A stretch of 64,000 nucleotides of DNA from Xylographa opegraphella. Taxonomy: Eukaryota. The notes beneath the pieces were generated by a model, which saw only the letters and a program-made list of their open reading frames with translations, made no database searches and was not told where the DNA came from. The DNA is taken from positions 1 to 64,000 of the forward strand of contig JALDZX010000013.1 in assembly GCA_022813865.1 (NCBI GenBank), written 5' to 3'. Numbering within the stretch: position 1 is the stretch's first letter; each line of letters begins with the position of its first letter. Positions 1 through 13,200 of the stretch are shown here, piece after piece. Made by a program: the position numbers and the translations under genes.

Positions 1-1066
1 ATGCGTGAGGAAGGAAGCTCCAAATCAAAAAGCGCCCAAAAGACCCGCCCCGAATCCACCACACGAGCTGGCATAAACGCCTTAATCGATTAATAAATTT
101 AAATATATTAAAACCGCTGTTAAAGTAAATTTTTTTTATAATTTATAATAAAATATTACGAGACGAAACAGGGTTAATCGTATTAAAATTCAATTATACG
201 AAATGGAAGCTAGCCTTACTATAAAGGCTGGTTAAATAACTTGACCAGCCTGCACCAACAGCGGCCATGATATCCTTGAGGTGGACTAGTACTGAGCTAG
301 CTCCAGGAATCTGAACCGAAGAGAGAAATGGCAGGCACAACTTCATAGCGCATGCTTTGTAGAACGAGCAAAGAGCTTCTCCCTGAGTATCATCTATATA
401 AACCCAATCAGCGACATTGCACGAGCCAGCTCAGAAGGTTCCTGCACGAGTTGTTATAGCTCAGCTGCGCTCCACTATTGAGAGCAGTGCAAGATCTAGT
501 CAAAAAATACCAAAGCGACCACTATAGACAATATATAGGCACGTCGAGAGCGAGGTACTTCCGCACGTTGCTTGAGACCTCGGCGTCTAAACCGGTGCAC
601 GCCAAAATCACCGAATCCACTATTTTCTGGCCTCTAAACATTTCTTGTGGTATGAATTATTGCGAAGGTAGCTATATTTTACCATAACGAGGACCAAAGC
701 AGAGCCCAAAGCTACCATTGATCAGGTCATTCACATATGACCCCTGGATGTTGATGCTCCGTCGTACATGGTCCCGTTAAGGTGGGACGAGTCTATCTAC
801 CTATAGCTAGTGTATATTGTTATGCGGAAGCCACTTAGAATGGTCCATCTGGTATCCCTAGGGGCATACTCATCCACAGGCTTACGGGATCGCTTCAGAT
901 AGATTCGTACAACCGGCATTAACCGTCTTGCGCCATAAGCAGACGGTAAAGGCTGACCAGTCAATCTCTGACTTTCTTCGTCGATCGGAGTCCGGGTTGG
1001 CGTTGTGGTGGTGGGCCAAAATCACAGGTTCCTCCTCATGCTGGAGTGCGAAAGCTCTATCCTGGA

Positions 1067-3780
1067 TTACCCAAGTAATCCAACATCAAGCCCGATAGCT
1101 CGCATAAAGAGATTGACATTGTTCAGTCTCTGACTTGCCATTTCTGGGGGCAGAGTCTTGCTTTGCATGACGGTCTCCATGACGCGATCCCTGGGTAAAA
1201 TTTGTAAGTTCCGCTTTTGGGTAGTGTACGAAACGAGACTTACTTGACTGCCAAAACTAGCCTTTGCTGTTGCTCGGGACTGGCACCACTACCAATGGCC
1301 GCTAGGAATTGCCACACATAGATATCTTCCCCAGTGTTGAGCGAACCGGGAAAGATACCATCGAGAGATGGTTCCAAGATGTCGAATAGACGATTGAACA
1401 ATTGTGACCAATTCTGCCACTCAGCGTCCTTGAATTCACCAGCATCGCGGATGAGAGTCGCTCTGCTTGTCAGCATTGTTAGGATACTTAATCCAACTCT
1501 TGTACGCGCAACACCTTGAACATTGACACGATCTAGCATGAGTCCGAGAAGCCCAGAAATGTAAAACAAAGATGCATCACTGACATACGAGAACAGGCTG
1601 GGAGTAACAGCAGCAGAAAACAGGTCAATCGCTTCACGCGCCATAGGAGGTAGCTGTGTTTCACCAGGCTGAAGCTGACCGAGGCGGACGACCTCGAGAA
1701 TGTCAAGATGAAAAATGATTATAGTCATCATGGTTACCCGCTGCTGATCAACTAGATGGCGGAAGACACGCGGGATAGCCTTCTTCCCTTTAGCATAGGA
1801 AAGGAACGCGATGAAAGGATGTGGAATAGACGAGCCCGAATTAATAGGATTCATGACCTTGAGGTCGTTCCAAAGACTTTCATTCAATTTACTCTTCTCT
1901 TTAAGCCACTGCTCGTGTCTCTCCGCCGCGGTAACATCCTCGGTTTCAGGTATTGGCAATGGTGGTTCACGCCGCATGGCATCCTCCATCTTCATTAGAG
2001 TCGAGTACACAGCCTCGATATTGCGAAGAACACTCTTACGATCGCTTGCACTCATTTCGGTTTGAGTAAATTTCCGTGTACTTGAGTTTCGTCCGGGACC
2101 TTGCGGCCGATTAGAAACGTCGCCACTGTCGTTTCGCTTCAGGTTTAACAAAGGCTTTGGAGTTTTGGCATTGCTGAAAGATATCTTGCCCAGGCTTCCT
2201 TCAATTACGAGTTGCTTGTTCTTGGGCTTCAATTTTGCTGCTTCTACGGCCCGCGCTACCTGCTGTTCCATTCGTTGCATGTGGTTATCGCCTACCCTGT
2301 TATTGCGGCGACTGAACCCGCCTTGGCGACCTCCAGTCTGGAAGAGATAAGTTTGGGCAAATTGACTCAGTGGTTGATGCGGATTTTGGCGTGGACCACC
2401 TCGGATTTGGCTATGTACTTGATAGTAGAAATCTTCGCTGAGGGCTGCATCCGAATCTTGGTCGTTGGCGTTACCTGTCGTTGTCATAAGTTGCTGCAAT
2501 TGGATTCGTGTGATGAAATTTTTATCTTGCGGTGTCATCAAGCCATTATCTTTAGACAATAAGTAGATCTTGTGGTTCCGCTTGGCCCGCTTCGCGTCCT
2601 CTACAAGGAATGCAGCACGTTCTGCCTCGGAGAGTTGCATAAGTTGCTGTGGATGTGTGATAACTTGCTGGGAATAATGAGCACCAGTCGAACCGGAAGG
2701 TAAGAATCGCGAGTGGTTCTGGCCCTGAGGCTGTAAAGTAGATGCTGGTCCGGTCTGCGCCTGATGTCGCTCTGGGTTCTGTAAGATCTGCCGAGGATGC
2801 GCTTGATTAGGATCCGTGATGTTTTGAGATAGAGATTGCGGACGCTGTAATAATTGAGGGGTTCGAGCCATGGAAGCAGGTAGCTCTGCCTGAGCTATAG
2901 AAGTTTGACGAAATGGGCCCTTTTGGAACGGTACTGTTGCTTGCCTAGAATCAACAGTTTGTTGTGACGGCTGCTGTCGTTGATAATTTGGTGGTTCTAA
3001 CGCAGACCTCGAAGTTTCCTTGTTGTTTATGATGGGACTTGCGGGTTGTGGCAGTCCTTGATATTGCAATGCTTGGGCAGGAGGAGCCTTTTTGGTTTGT
3101 GAGCGCATTTGAGCTTCAACTTCTTCTAAGCTCATCATTTTTCTCGCCGAGCCTGCAGTATAAGCTGCTTGTTGTAGGCCGGTTTGCCCATAGCTGCTCG
3201 GCTGGCCATTTCCGTAATGCAGACCAGGGGAAGGTTGAGCAGCCGCCCCCCACAAATTAGGGTCTACCTGCAAATTTCGAGTTGGCTCTTGGTTCTTCTC
3301 ATACCCCGATCTTATGGGTTTCGCTGCTTGTTTCGGTTGACTGATGGCAAAACTGGATGCGGACGTCGGAGGAGCTTGCTGTCTGCTAAATCTCATCTGC
3401 TCTTCGTTGATTGCATCGGACACTTTCGCTGTTTGACCAAAAAAATCAAAGTCCTTTCCCACGGGCTTTGATGTTTTCCCACCAGATATTTCTCCACCGC
3501 CAAATGTGTCATCGTTGAAATCATCGTTTGTCTCGACTAATTGATCAGCTAGGCCATCGTAGGTATCTTCAAAGTCAATACTTCAACCATTGAGTATTGT
3601 CAGCTAGCATTTCATTTCTACACTAGACTTTGGTGAGACATACGCATCGTCATCGTCATCATAGCGGGCTCGATCTTGAGAAAGTCCTACGAATGGGTCC
3701 GGAGCCTGACCGAAACCAGGCGCTGCGGAGGGGTGTCCACGATCCTTGGGGAGCGATGAGTCGAATCCAAAGAAAGACAT
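1067..3780 (-). CDS. PAT1: Topoisomerase II-associated protein / mRNA decapping activator Pat1 (3 exons)
   Basis: Start MSFFGFDSSLPKDR at 3780; acidic DFEDTYDGL...NDDTFG segment; 740-aa ORF with LMTPQDKNFITRIQLQQL, EDFYYQV, EGSLGKISFSNAKTPKPLL; last exon ends NLFMRAIGLDVGLLG*; GT-AG introns at about 3582-3642 and 1191-1243. Confidence 0.93.
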
Positions 3781-4418
3781 GTCAGTGAATACTGAACCCC
3801 TGATCACCCAGGAATGAAGGGATCGAGCACCAGTATGATTGGGCTGTAGACTTCTGTTTATGACAATATTTGAGCGGCGAGTCCGCAAGTTCTGTGAGTC
3901 CTCTATGATGTCGTGCGGTGCGGGACGGATTTAGGTTCAAGGTGCCAAGACACGAGCAGTCCGTGCGTTGCGTGGCCTTGGCGGAGAACGCGACGTTTGG
4001 TTTGAAGATGCGCAGGAAGGCAGGAGAGAGTGCCAAGTAGCGGTTGCGGGTGGACGACTTCTCCATATTGGTTTGATGCTTCACCGAATCTTGTATATTC
4101 AAGCGACCGTGGCCTTTTGGGTCTTCTCTCGTATCCCTCCTCCCTTCCTCTAAAAGAAAGGGCTGCAATTACATCCATGTAAGGGGGGCCTACGTTGCGC
4201 AAAATCTCCTTCTAGCAGGCAAGTGTCCTTCTTCCAATATTGAATCTGTCCTAACACGTCAAAAGTCTTGGATTGGTGCTAAGTTGACCTCCTCCGATTC
4301 TGCCATTCGTCGTCGGAGGGTCTCTGTACCTGCCGTCAGTCACAGTGATACTCCGCCAAAAGCATTAGGGGCAGGAGCAGGTTTGCCAAAGCCTGTTGGT
4401 GGCACAGTTCTACAAGAC

Positions 4419-5815
4419 ATGGCTTCTGGTTCTACGAGATACATTCGCTATATTCTGTTCGCATGTTTTGTACGCTTACTTGCAGCTCACCCGAGCAACA
4501 CGATACTGACGGCTTTCAGTCCTTAGCAGCCTTATACTTTCTCACCTCTTCTTCAATACCGACCCCTCAGCTTCCAGGTAGCGGTGCTTGGGGCTCAACT
4601 CCGACCGCAAAGCCTCCTGTATCAGTCTCTTCTTCAGATATACCGCCGCCTATAGATAGTTCTGGTACAAACGCCCAAACTGGCAAAACACCAAACAATG
4701 CTGGCGTTCTACCTCCACCGACAGCCCCTGGAGAGCGTATGAATGCCACATTCGTCACACTGGCTCGCAATAGCGACATATGGGAAATTGCAAAATCAAT
4801 TCGGCAGGTCGAGGATCGTTTCAACCGAAAGTACAATTATGACTGGGTGTTCTTGAACGACAAGCCATTCGAGGACGACTTCAAGAAGCTTACAACTTCT
4901 CTTGTATCTGGGAAGACACATTACGGCTTGATCCCGAAGGAACATTGGTCGTTTCCCGACTTTATTGACCAGGAGAAGGCAAAGGCTGTTCGTGAAGATA
5001 TGGCTCAGCGCAAAATCATCTATGGTGACTCGATCAGCTATCGGCATATGTGTCGTTACGAGTCCGGATTTTTCTTCCGACACCCACTGATGAACCAATT
5101 CGAGTGGTATTGGCGGGTGGAGCCAAGCATTGAGCTGTATTGTGATATTAACTACGACACGTTCAAGTTTATGAAAGATAATGGCAAGAAGTATAGTTTC
5201 GTGCTGAGTTTGTACGAGTATGTGGAAACAATCCCAACACTGTGGGACAGTGTCAAAAATTTCACGAAAAAGTATCCTGAGCATATTGCACAAGGCAATT
5301 CAATGGGCTTCCTCAGTGATGACGATGGGAAGACATATAATCACTGTCACTTTGTGAGACACCGCGGCGCACTCGCATAGATATGAATTTGCTGACCAAA
5401 TCTAGTGGTCCAATTTCGAAATCGGTAACCTTGATTGGTTACGATCGAAGGCTTATATCGATTATTTCGAGTCGCTGGACCACGACGGCGGTTTTTTCTA
5501 CGAGAGATGGGGCGATGCACCAGTCCACTCCATCGCAGCAGCACTCACTCTGAAGAAAGAGGAGATTCACTTCTTCAACGACATCGCATACTACCATGTT
5601 CCTTTCACACATTGCCCGACAGGGGAACAAAAAAGATTGGATCTGAAGTGCCATTGCAACCCCAACGATAACTTTGATTGGAAAGGCTATTCATGTATGA
5701 TAATCATCCCTGATAAAAACGGGCATGTTTCAGAACTAACTATTTCCAAGGCACAACAAGGTATTTCGACATCAATGGCATCACCAAGCCTGAAGGATAC
5801 GAGAAGGAGCAGTAG
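4419..5815 (+). CDS. KRE2: GT15 alpha-1,2-mannosyltransferase (Kre2/Mnt1/Ktr family), multi-exon
   Basis: Type II signal anchor [73 protein letters not shown] motifs. Exact paralogue not resolvable. Confidence 0.9.
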
Positions 5816-6091
5816 ATTCGTGTGGCAGTGATGAAACCACAGCGTACACAGGAGCATATACTCCACAAGCTTCATGGATAATGATCGTTCAACGATGCTT
5901 GGATTTGAACCGGGAGAGAATATCCTGATGGCGTTATAACCAATAGGAGCTTGGTGCTCTATCAATCCATTCATAAGGTACATACACGATAGCACTTAGA
6001 AATGGGTAATCCATCCTTCTCTCCCAAAACGCCAGATGATTGCTGTATGTCGAAGCCGATTATCTTCACTTCACGAAGACTCAAAAGGTGT

Positions 6092-6877
6092 TCACGTTGC
6101 CTTCGGTTTCTTTGTCCCATACTTCGAACGGCTTGTAATCCGGTTGGCGACACCACCCTAATTCGGGACTGTTAGTCTCTTGACGTTTGTTGCTGCGAAG
6201 AGGAGTCCTACCAGATCCATCGCACCTCGGACAAGATGATACCTGACACCTGGACAATCCTGCGCTCTGCCTCCCCGAACAAGTACCACGCTATGCTGCT
6301 GTACATTATGCCCTATATAACCCCGCGCATTAGCTTCTGCTTCCTCTCTTCACAGACCTTTCCCGCTGCCTCTCTCTCGATAATCACTTTGCACTCGCTT
6401 CTCTGACCCAGACCCTACGACCCTCGCTCTTCTCTCCCACTCATACCACCACTCCCCTCCACCCCCCTCTCAACCCCACCCATCATACCCGCGCTTCGAA
6501 CCAAACACCATACGCCACTAACCTTCTCCCGGTATGATAGCCGTAACAGTCCTCCCACTGCTCAGCCGCACCCGCGCCGTTTTCCGCTCCCCGGAATTCG
6601 GCTTCTTCGGTTTCGTGATGCCGACTTTCAGGCACACGCCTTTCATATGCGGCCTGTTGACCAAGGCAGGCGATACTGGTTTCCTGGCTCGCTGGGGCAC
6701 GCGACATCCGCGCAGGACTTGCATGAGCGTTGCGAGGGGGGAAGGGGTCGTGGAGAAGAGTCGAGTGTGGTTCCGGGGTTGCAGGGTGAGGCGCGGAAGG
6801 GTGGGGGGGGATGAGCGAGATGGTAAAGTGGAAGGTCGGAAGAGGGGAGCGAGGAGGGTGGAGAGGGAGGGAGGCAT
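6092..6877 (-). CDS. MRPS12: Mitochondrial ribosomal protein S12 (3 exons)
   Basis: Presequence-like N-terminus [95 protein letters not shown]. Confidence 0.93.
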
Positions 6878-8245
6878 TGTGAAGGACTGGTTGTGGTTGA
6901 TGGGACTGTAGTAAGTAGGTAAGGTAAGGTAGTCTCGTAGTTTTGGATGAAGCTTGAGGTTGTGCATGGTGGAATTAATGCGCTAGTCCGTTTTCGGCCC
7001 TACTGTGGATTGGCTTTCTGCCAGACATTGGTACATCTGAACTTGACCATGGAAGCTGTATGCCGCAAGTAAGGCTACGCAGGACGGTGCTATATCCAAC
7101 ATGAACAGATTTTATAATTTCATCTGAGAGAAAAGGCTGGCTAACAATACAAATGAACTTATCTCGCCCATAGGATATATTACCTTTCAAGATCTGCACA
7201 CCAACAAGGCATCGGGCGGAGCATGCATCTGATCAGGCGGTAAGTTTCAACGACTTCAGAAGACACGTGCCGTTCGCATCCCATCAATACAATTGCCCAT
7301 GCATAGGAGATATATTCTTATTTTGCCTTAATCTCGCGCCAAAATTAGGAGATACTGTCCGTCTCCAGCTCCCGCCAAGCAAGACGGCTCCTGCACATGG
7401 GCATAGCATGATCGAAGCATATACTCTCAACCATATCACCCAACATCTGTATCCCTCCAATACTATCAAAATATCCCCATTCTCGATAGGTAGTAGCGGT
7501 CTGCTGCCGGTTCCCGTGGCCACCACACTCGTCACTAACGGCCGTGCATGTGCTGAAAGGATTCACGGAATAATCGACCACGTTTTTACATATTTTCTTT
7601 TATCTTGGGAACCATCACTTCGATGGCTCTACTGGAGACATTCGAACAAGCTCAAGAGTCACTTCATGTGTGATCTATCGAATCTCCTCCAAGTCGGCAC
7701 CTATACTTTGCCGCAGATTTGTCTTTCTCAAGCCGTAGTTGGAAAAAGAGGCTCGGTTCGAATATGAACCCAGGTCCATAAAGGCCGATTTGTTGACCCA
7801 TGGCATGATGATCAGCTCTTCATAGTCCAAGAGGCTGCATTAATAGTTTTGCAGCGAGCTGTATATTTAGCGGAAAGGTCTCTTTACGCTGGACTATTTT
7901 CTTGTCCACTAAAATAAAAAGGGATAAATATTCTGGAAACGAATGCAAGGTTCCATATTCCTGATTCCTGTCGTCTCTTCCATCTGCAGCGCCTTATTCT
8001 CCAATTCCTTCAATATCATTACACGTTCCCCCAAACGGCAACCCGTCCAAAGCCCGGACGCCATTAATTGCATAAACCCTTTCCTCTCCACCTGAGCTAT
8101 ACCGAAGTCTCCAACGCCTCGAACCCAGCCGCCCCCTATGCGCCCCCATGGCTCCAGTCCACAATCCTCCAAAATGCCCGGCGCACCAAGAAAAGAACCG
8201 GATGAGACCCTCCAAACCCCCATCTCCTCCCCACCTCCCCCGACC

Positions 8246-9670
8246 TCACCCCCACACAAGCGAGAAGAGCGTCTGCAGCGCCCACACCCACCCCAGCTGC
8301 ACCACACTCACCGCCAGCGTCCCCAACGTCGCCTGATAGCGGTTCCCCAGCACGGCGCTCAGGCGGCCGCGCACCCTCGCAAAGCGTAGCACCCGAGTCT
8401 CCCACTGCGGCAGGCTCAGCTCGCCCTTCATCACGCGGGCCAGCAGCAGCGCGCTGTGCGCCGCCTGGGCGGTACTGGCGGCCCCGTGCGGGCGGAACGT
8501 CGCCAGCGCGTCGCCGACCAGCAGCAGCTTGCCGTCGAAGTAGAGTGCGCGCGGGCTCGTCAGCTCGCTGATCGCTTGCACGAACGGTCGCTCCGTTTTC
8601 TGGACGAGCTCGCGGAAGGGGCCGGGGAGGACGCGTGCGGCGAGCGAGAGTTGCTCGGCCCACACGGCGGGGTCCAGCTCGCCGATGGGGACGGTGCTGC
8701 GGTGCCGGTGCCCGGAGCGGTCGGTCATGACGCGCGCGAGGGCGGGGGAGTCGGCGGGGTAGTTGGCGTACCAGGCGTAGTTGTAGGCGCGGTGGTCGGG
8801 GGATACGTTGCCGTTCTCGCCGGGGATGTTGTATCTAGCCGAGGGGAAACGGAATCAGCGATGCCGGGCGATTGTCGTGGGGCAAACGTGATAGGGGGGA
8901 CACCTACAGAAGAATGTGCGTCCGGTCCATTTGGTAAAAGGTCAGCTTGGTACCGAAGACTTCCCTGGCCTCGGCGGAGATTTCGCTTTCGGGCACCGTG
9001 CCGCGGAAGGTGACATAGCCGACGTACTGCCGTTCGACGCTCGGCTCGAGAACGCGGCGGATGGTCGAGCCCGGGCCGTCGGCGGCGATGACCAGATCGG
9101 CATGTAGCGTATCCGAGTGGCCGTCTCCGTCCACGTACTCGACGCTTACCTTCTCGCCGTCATACTGTACCCCCGTCACTGTCTTGCCGTCGTCGTATTG
9201 CGCTTTCCCATCGCCCTCCAGCAGGCATGTCTGCGAGTGAGGGGAGTAAGGGCTCTCGAGGCCGTCGAAGTTGGCGCGGAGACGAAAGTACAGCGCATTC
9301 CAGGTCGTCATGGGCATCTCGATATTCCACGTGCTCTTCACCGTGGCCTCCGGCGTCAGGAACTGGATGTGCGGGCTCGTGACCCAGAACTCGCCGTCGA
9401 GCAGGTCGTAGGCATCGCAGAAGTCCTTGACGCTGTCGGTGGTGCCAATACCGGCGCCTTGGGTTTGCAGTTGCGTCGACTGCTCACGGTTGAGGATATG
9501 CACGTTATGGCCGAGGCGCTTGAGAACGATGCCGTGCATCAGTCCGGCGAGAGAACCGCCGACCTGGTAGTATCATCGTGAATGAGTAACGCGTGCATCG
9601 AGAGGGATGTCAGATGTAAAAGAGTACGAGCAACACTTACGATTACGACGTTGAGCAATCCTCCGACCAT
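8246..9670 (-). CDS. FAD-dependent monooxygenase (2,6-dihydroxypyridine 3-monooxygenase-like group), 3 exons
   Basis: Spliced N-terminus MVGGLLNVVI|VGGSLAGLMHG (FAD GxxxxG), DLVIAADGPGSTIR (DG motif), LLVGDALATFRPH (GD motif). Confidence 0.88.
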
Positions 9671-10228
9671 CGTTATTGACTCTCTGCAGCTGCAAAAACC
9701 TGCTGTTGTAATACACGATAATGGCCGCCGAGAGCGCCCAGAATTCTTTCGTAGAGGACGTTTAATGCCGGAATAGTCTTGATGTCGATCTAGCTAACAG
9801 CGAGTAAAAGTTGGAAAGGGTGGATGCGTGGGACAGCAGTCTTGTCCACGATATCATTGAATCATGATAGATGAGATGAAATCTTTGACGCTGACGAGGC
9901 CATACCGAGCTGTGCAAAGTGTCGGTCATTCAGTGGTAGGGAAGATTGGTGATCCTGCCTGCCTACAGCCTGCGAGGGAGGAGGGTACGGAATAGGACAT
10001 GCCGATGCACCTCCGCGCTGTACTTTGACCGCGGACGGGTGGTTTTGACTCGTTGCGCGATAGAATGCATGTAAGCGTGTAAAACACAGCCGTGTTTCAT
10101 TGACGTGGGGATACTCTTATGTTCACCGTTCTGATGAGACAAGCTACACGCGTTTACGATACGTTTCCAAGCTCGCTTCCGGCACTTTATCAAGCGCAAT
10201 GAACTACAACGCGCAAAAACACTCTTCT

Positions 10229-13200
10229 CTATACGAACAAGAGGCTGATATCCTTCGCTGCTACCTCGACCTGGCGTTGGAATTCGCTCGCGTCGACCTC
10301 GTTGCCCCAGATGGAGAAATGCACCCTGCGAATCGGGGTGAGAAAATGGAGCAACGAAAGGAATGTCGATTTCAGTTCAGCAGAGCATTACATACCTTTG
10401 ATCTAGAGTCTGGTAATGAATCCAAATGCTTCCAGCGTTTCGCAGGACGAGGCCACACTCCAAGAGATCGTTCTCAAGACAGTCCGTCGTGACCATCTCG
10501 GTTGTGGCCTGCTTGTAGACAGGGTCGTCAAACAACGCGGGTCGCGGCTCTGTAGCGTCGAGCATCCATTCGAGCGCCATCATGTACCGAGACGTAGAGT
10601 AGCCTTTAACGGCTCGATTCAAGGACTTTGCCAATGATAATGCGGCTTCAGAAAACAGTGTTCTTCGGTCACTTACGGAAAGGGATGGATCGTCCGCTGC
10701 TTTACAGAAGCTAACTACCTGCGGCCAGACAGTCTGGCTGAGCGCGACGCGACCGTTCCGGAAATGTGCCATAGAAACCGTCTCTGAAGCAGCTGGGTTG
10801 TAGCCAAAGAACCGGTAGCACGCAAGCTGTATCACCAGCTGGACCCCAGACTTTGGGGAGCATTTGTTAGCACGGAAGAAGAGACCGTTGACCTCTGTCA
10901 AGTCGAAACCTGCATAATAGTATTTAGATCGGCGAGCTTCAAACATTTGTCGCAGACGCTGTGTACGCTCGTCAATAAGAGGGGTCGTTTCGAAGAGAAG
11001 TTCTTCCAATTGAACATGTGAAACAAAGTTCTCTTCATCTGCATTCAGCTGATTCCCGGGTGCACTCTCGGAGATCGCTTGCTCGATGAACTCTTTCAGC
11101 GGGGCGGTAGACGTTCCATCGAGCAAGGAGTGCTCACAAACTGTTGCAGAAGCACCGTTGTCACAAATCACGAATTGTAAAGATTTGTCATACCATCTGT
11201 TCGAGCCATTTCCATAGAAGAACTGATAAGCCCGCTCCGCCCGAGTCTGGGGGCGAGCGTCGTCGAGACAGATTATAAACGCTGCGGCCTCGATAGCGTG
11301 CAGGCAAGCTTCGTTTGCTGGGCTCACTAACCGTAGACCTTCTCGGTACTGTGACTAATCAGCTTGAATGTCAAGAACTACCGCTTCAATGCTCGCATAC
11401 CTCTGCCCAGTCATCGCGGCCGTCCGCGGTCAAAATACTCAGCCATGATACATTTCCTTGAGCTACTTCCAAGATCGCTTCGAACGTGGCCTTTAATCTC
11501 GTAAAAGAAACATTCCTAGACCCTTCTCTAAGCATCACCTTGAAAGGACGACCATGTCTAAGTGCAACGAGGTAGTCGCCGTGGTGGTATTTCTGCAGGA
11601 TGTCTTCCCCTTTACGAGGTTCCCGGCATGCGTTGAATAGCCACTTATAAAAATCTGTATGTAGAGCCCGCTCCGAGATATAGCTAGGTCCAATCTCACC
11701 GACCTCAATCATTCGTTTGCATTGAAAAGCAGCAAGCGAGATTGCGGCTGCTCTCTCTGCAGGTCCACGTATCGTGTTACCAGCAGGATGACCGCCAAAA
11801 AAACTTGAGAAAGGCACTAAAGAGGTGCGTCTTTTCATAAAGAAGTTACTCATGTACATGTCGGAAAGCCAATTATCATTGTGAGGGTCGTTGGCCCTTT
11901 TGACAAGTCGGTCATGCAACCGTCTCCCATGTCCGTTTGATTTCTCAAACTCATGAATATTTATTCGTGTCTTATCCAGCGACTCAGATGAGCTAACAGA
12001 GCTCATAGCTGTTAGAAAGTATTCGAGACTCTCATGCAACTCAGGAAGTGGCTGTTTAGGAAGCTTTGGTGGGCCAATCAGCTCGTCATTGCCATCAGCT
12101 GACTCCCGGGTTACGAGTCTCGCCTCCTGCGATTGCACACCAGAAGTGTCGCCATGAATCATATCCTTGATCACGATGGTTGATTTGCTTACCACAATCG
12201 CAGCAAGCGCCATAATGCTAGCTGCATCAGATACCTCGGCAGTTTGTAAAGACGCTTGGAAGTTCCGCGCAATCCAATTCTTCAATTCAATCACGATCAG
12301 CGAGTCGAGGCCGAAGCTCTCTAGTGGAGCATTCTCGTCCACGTCCTGTGAATCCATCACAACAAGCGTCGAAATCTTCTGGCCTATGGATCGTGCAATT
12401 ATACACGTAGCTTCGAGGGGGCTTGTGGCATTCGAAATATTCTCTATGATAAGTTGGGAAGACAGACCAGCATTAGCACCCTGGTTATCCTTAACCTGGT
12501 GACGAAGATGTTTAAGAAATGGAAGCCCGAGCAGATAGGTGTTTTCTGCTTTCGAGAGTGAATCCCAATTGAAGCCAAGAACGATTTGTTTGCAATCATC
12601 TTTTTTGGCCTGCTTGTTCATTGCGTATTCGAGTAGCGCAAAAAGTTGGTCGTTCTTGAGTAAAATGAAGCCTTCCCGGGCAAACATCTTTTCGAGCTTG
12701 GGATTCCGAGCGACAATACCGGATCCCTTCATCGGACCTAGGTTGAGTGAAATATAATGGGCACCTCCTTCTGGATGACGATTTGCCATGGCATCTTGGA
12801 AAGCATTCCCAGCTGCGTAATTGGCTGATCCTCTACCTCCAATAATACTCGTTGCGGATGAGAGCATGATGAAGAATTCAAGAGATGGACTTTCAAAGAT
12901 CTCCTGGATGTGCCTCGTTCCATGAACCTTTGGCTGTATAGCAACTTCGAAATCTTTCAATTCCATATCATCGATGAGGCCATCCTGGGATAAATCAGTA
13001 GAGGCGCCTTTTTCCAAAGCTTACTGCTTACCTGGAGAACAACGGCTGCTTGAATAACGCCTCTTACAGGTGGTAAACTACAGAAATAGCGAGTATACAT
13101 GTCTTCGCACTGGGATTTTTGTGTAATGTCGCAGACTAGAATACTGACACTTGCACCAGCTAAGCGGAATTTTTCTTGTAGAAGCTGTCTTTCCACAGAA

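Noticed and set aside
7267..7767. 166-aa plus-strand ORF
   Set aside because: Non-ATG start, no recognisable motif; probably intergenic.
8136..9581. Several long overlapping or antisense ORFs over the monooxygenase
   Set aside because: Expected shadows of GC-rich coding sequence.
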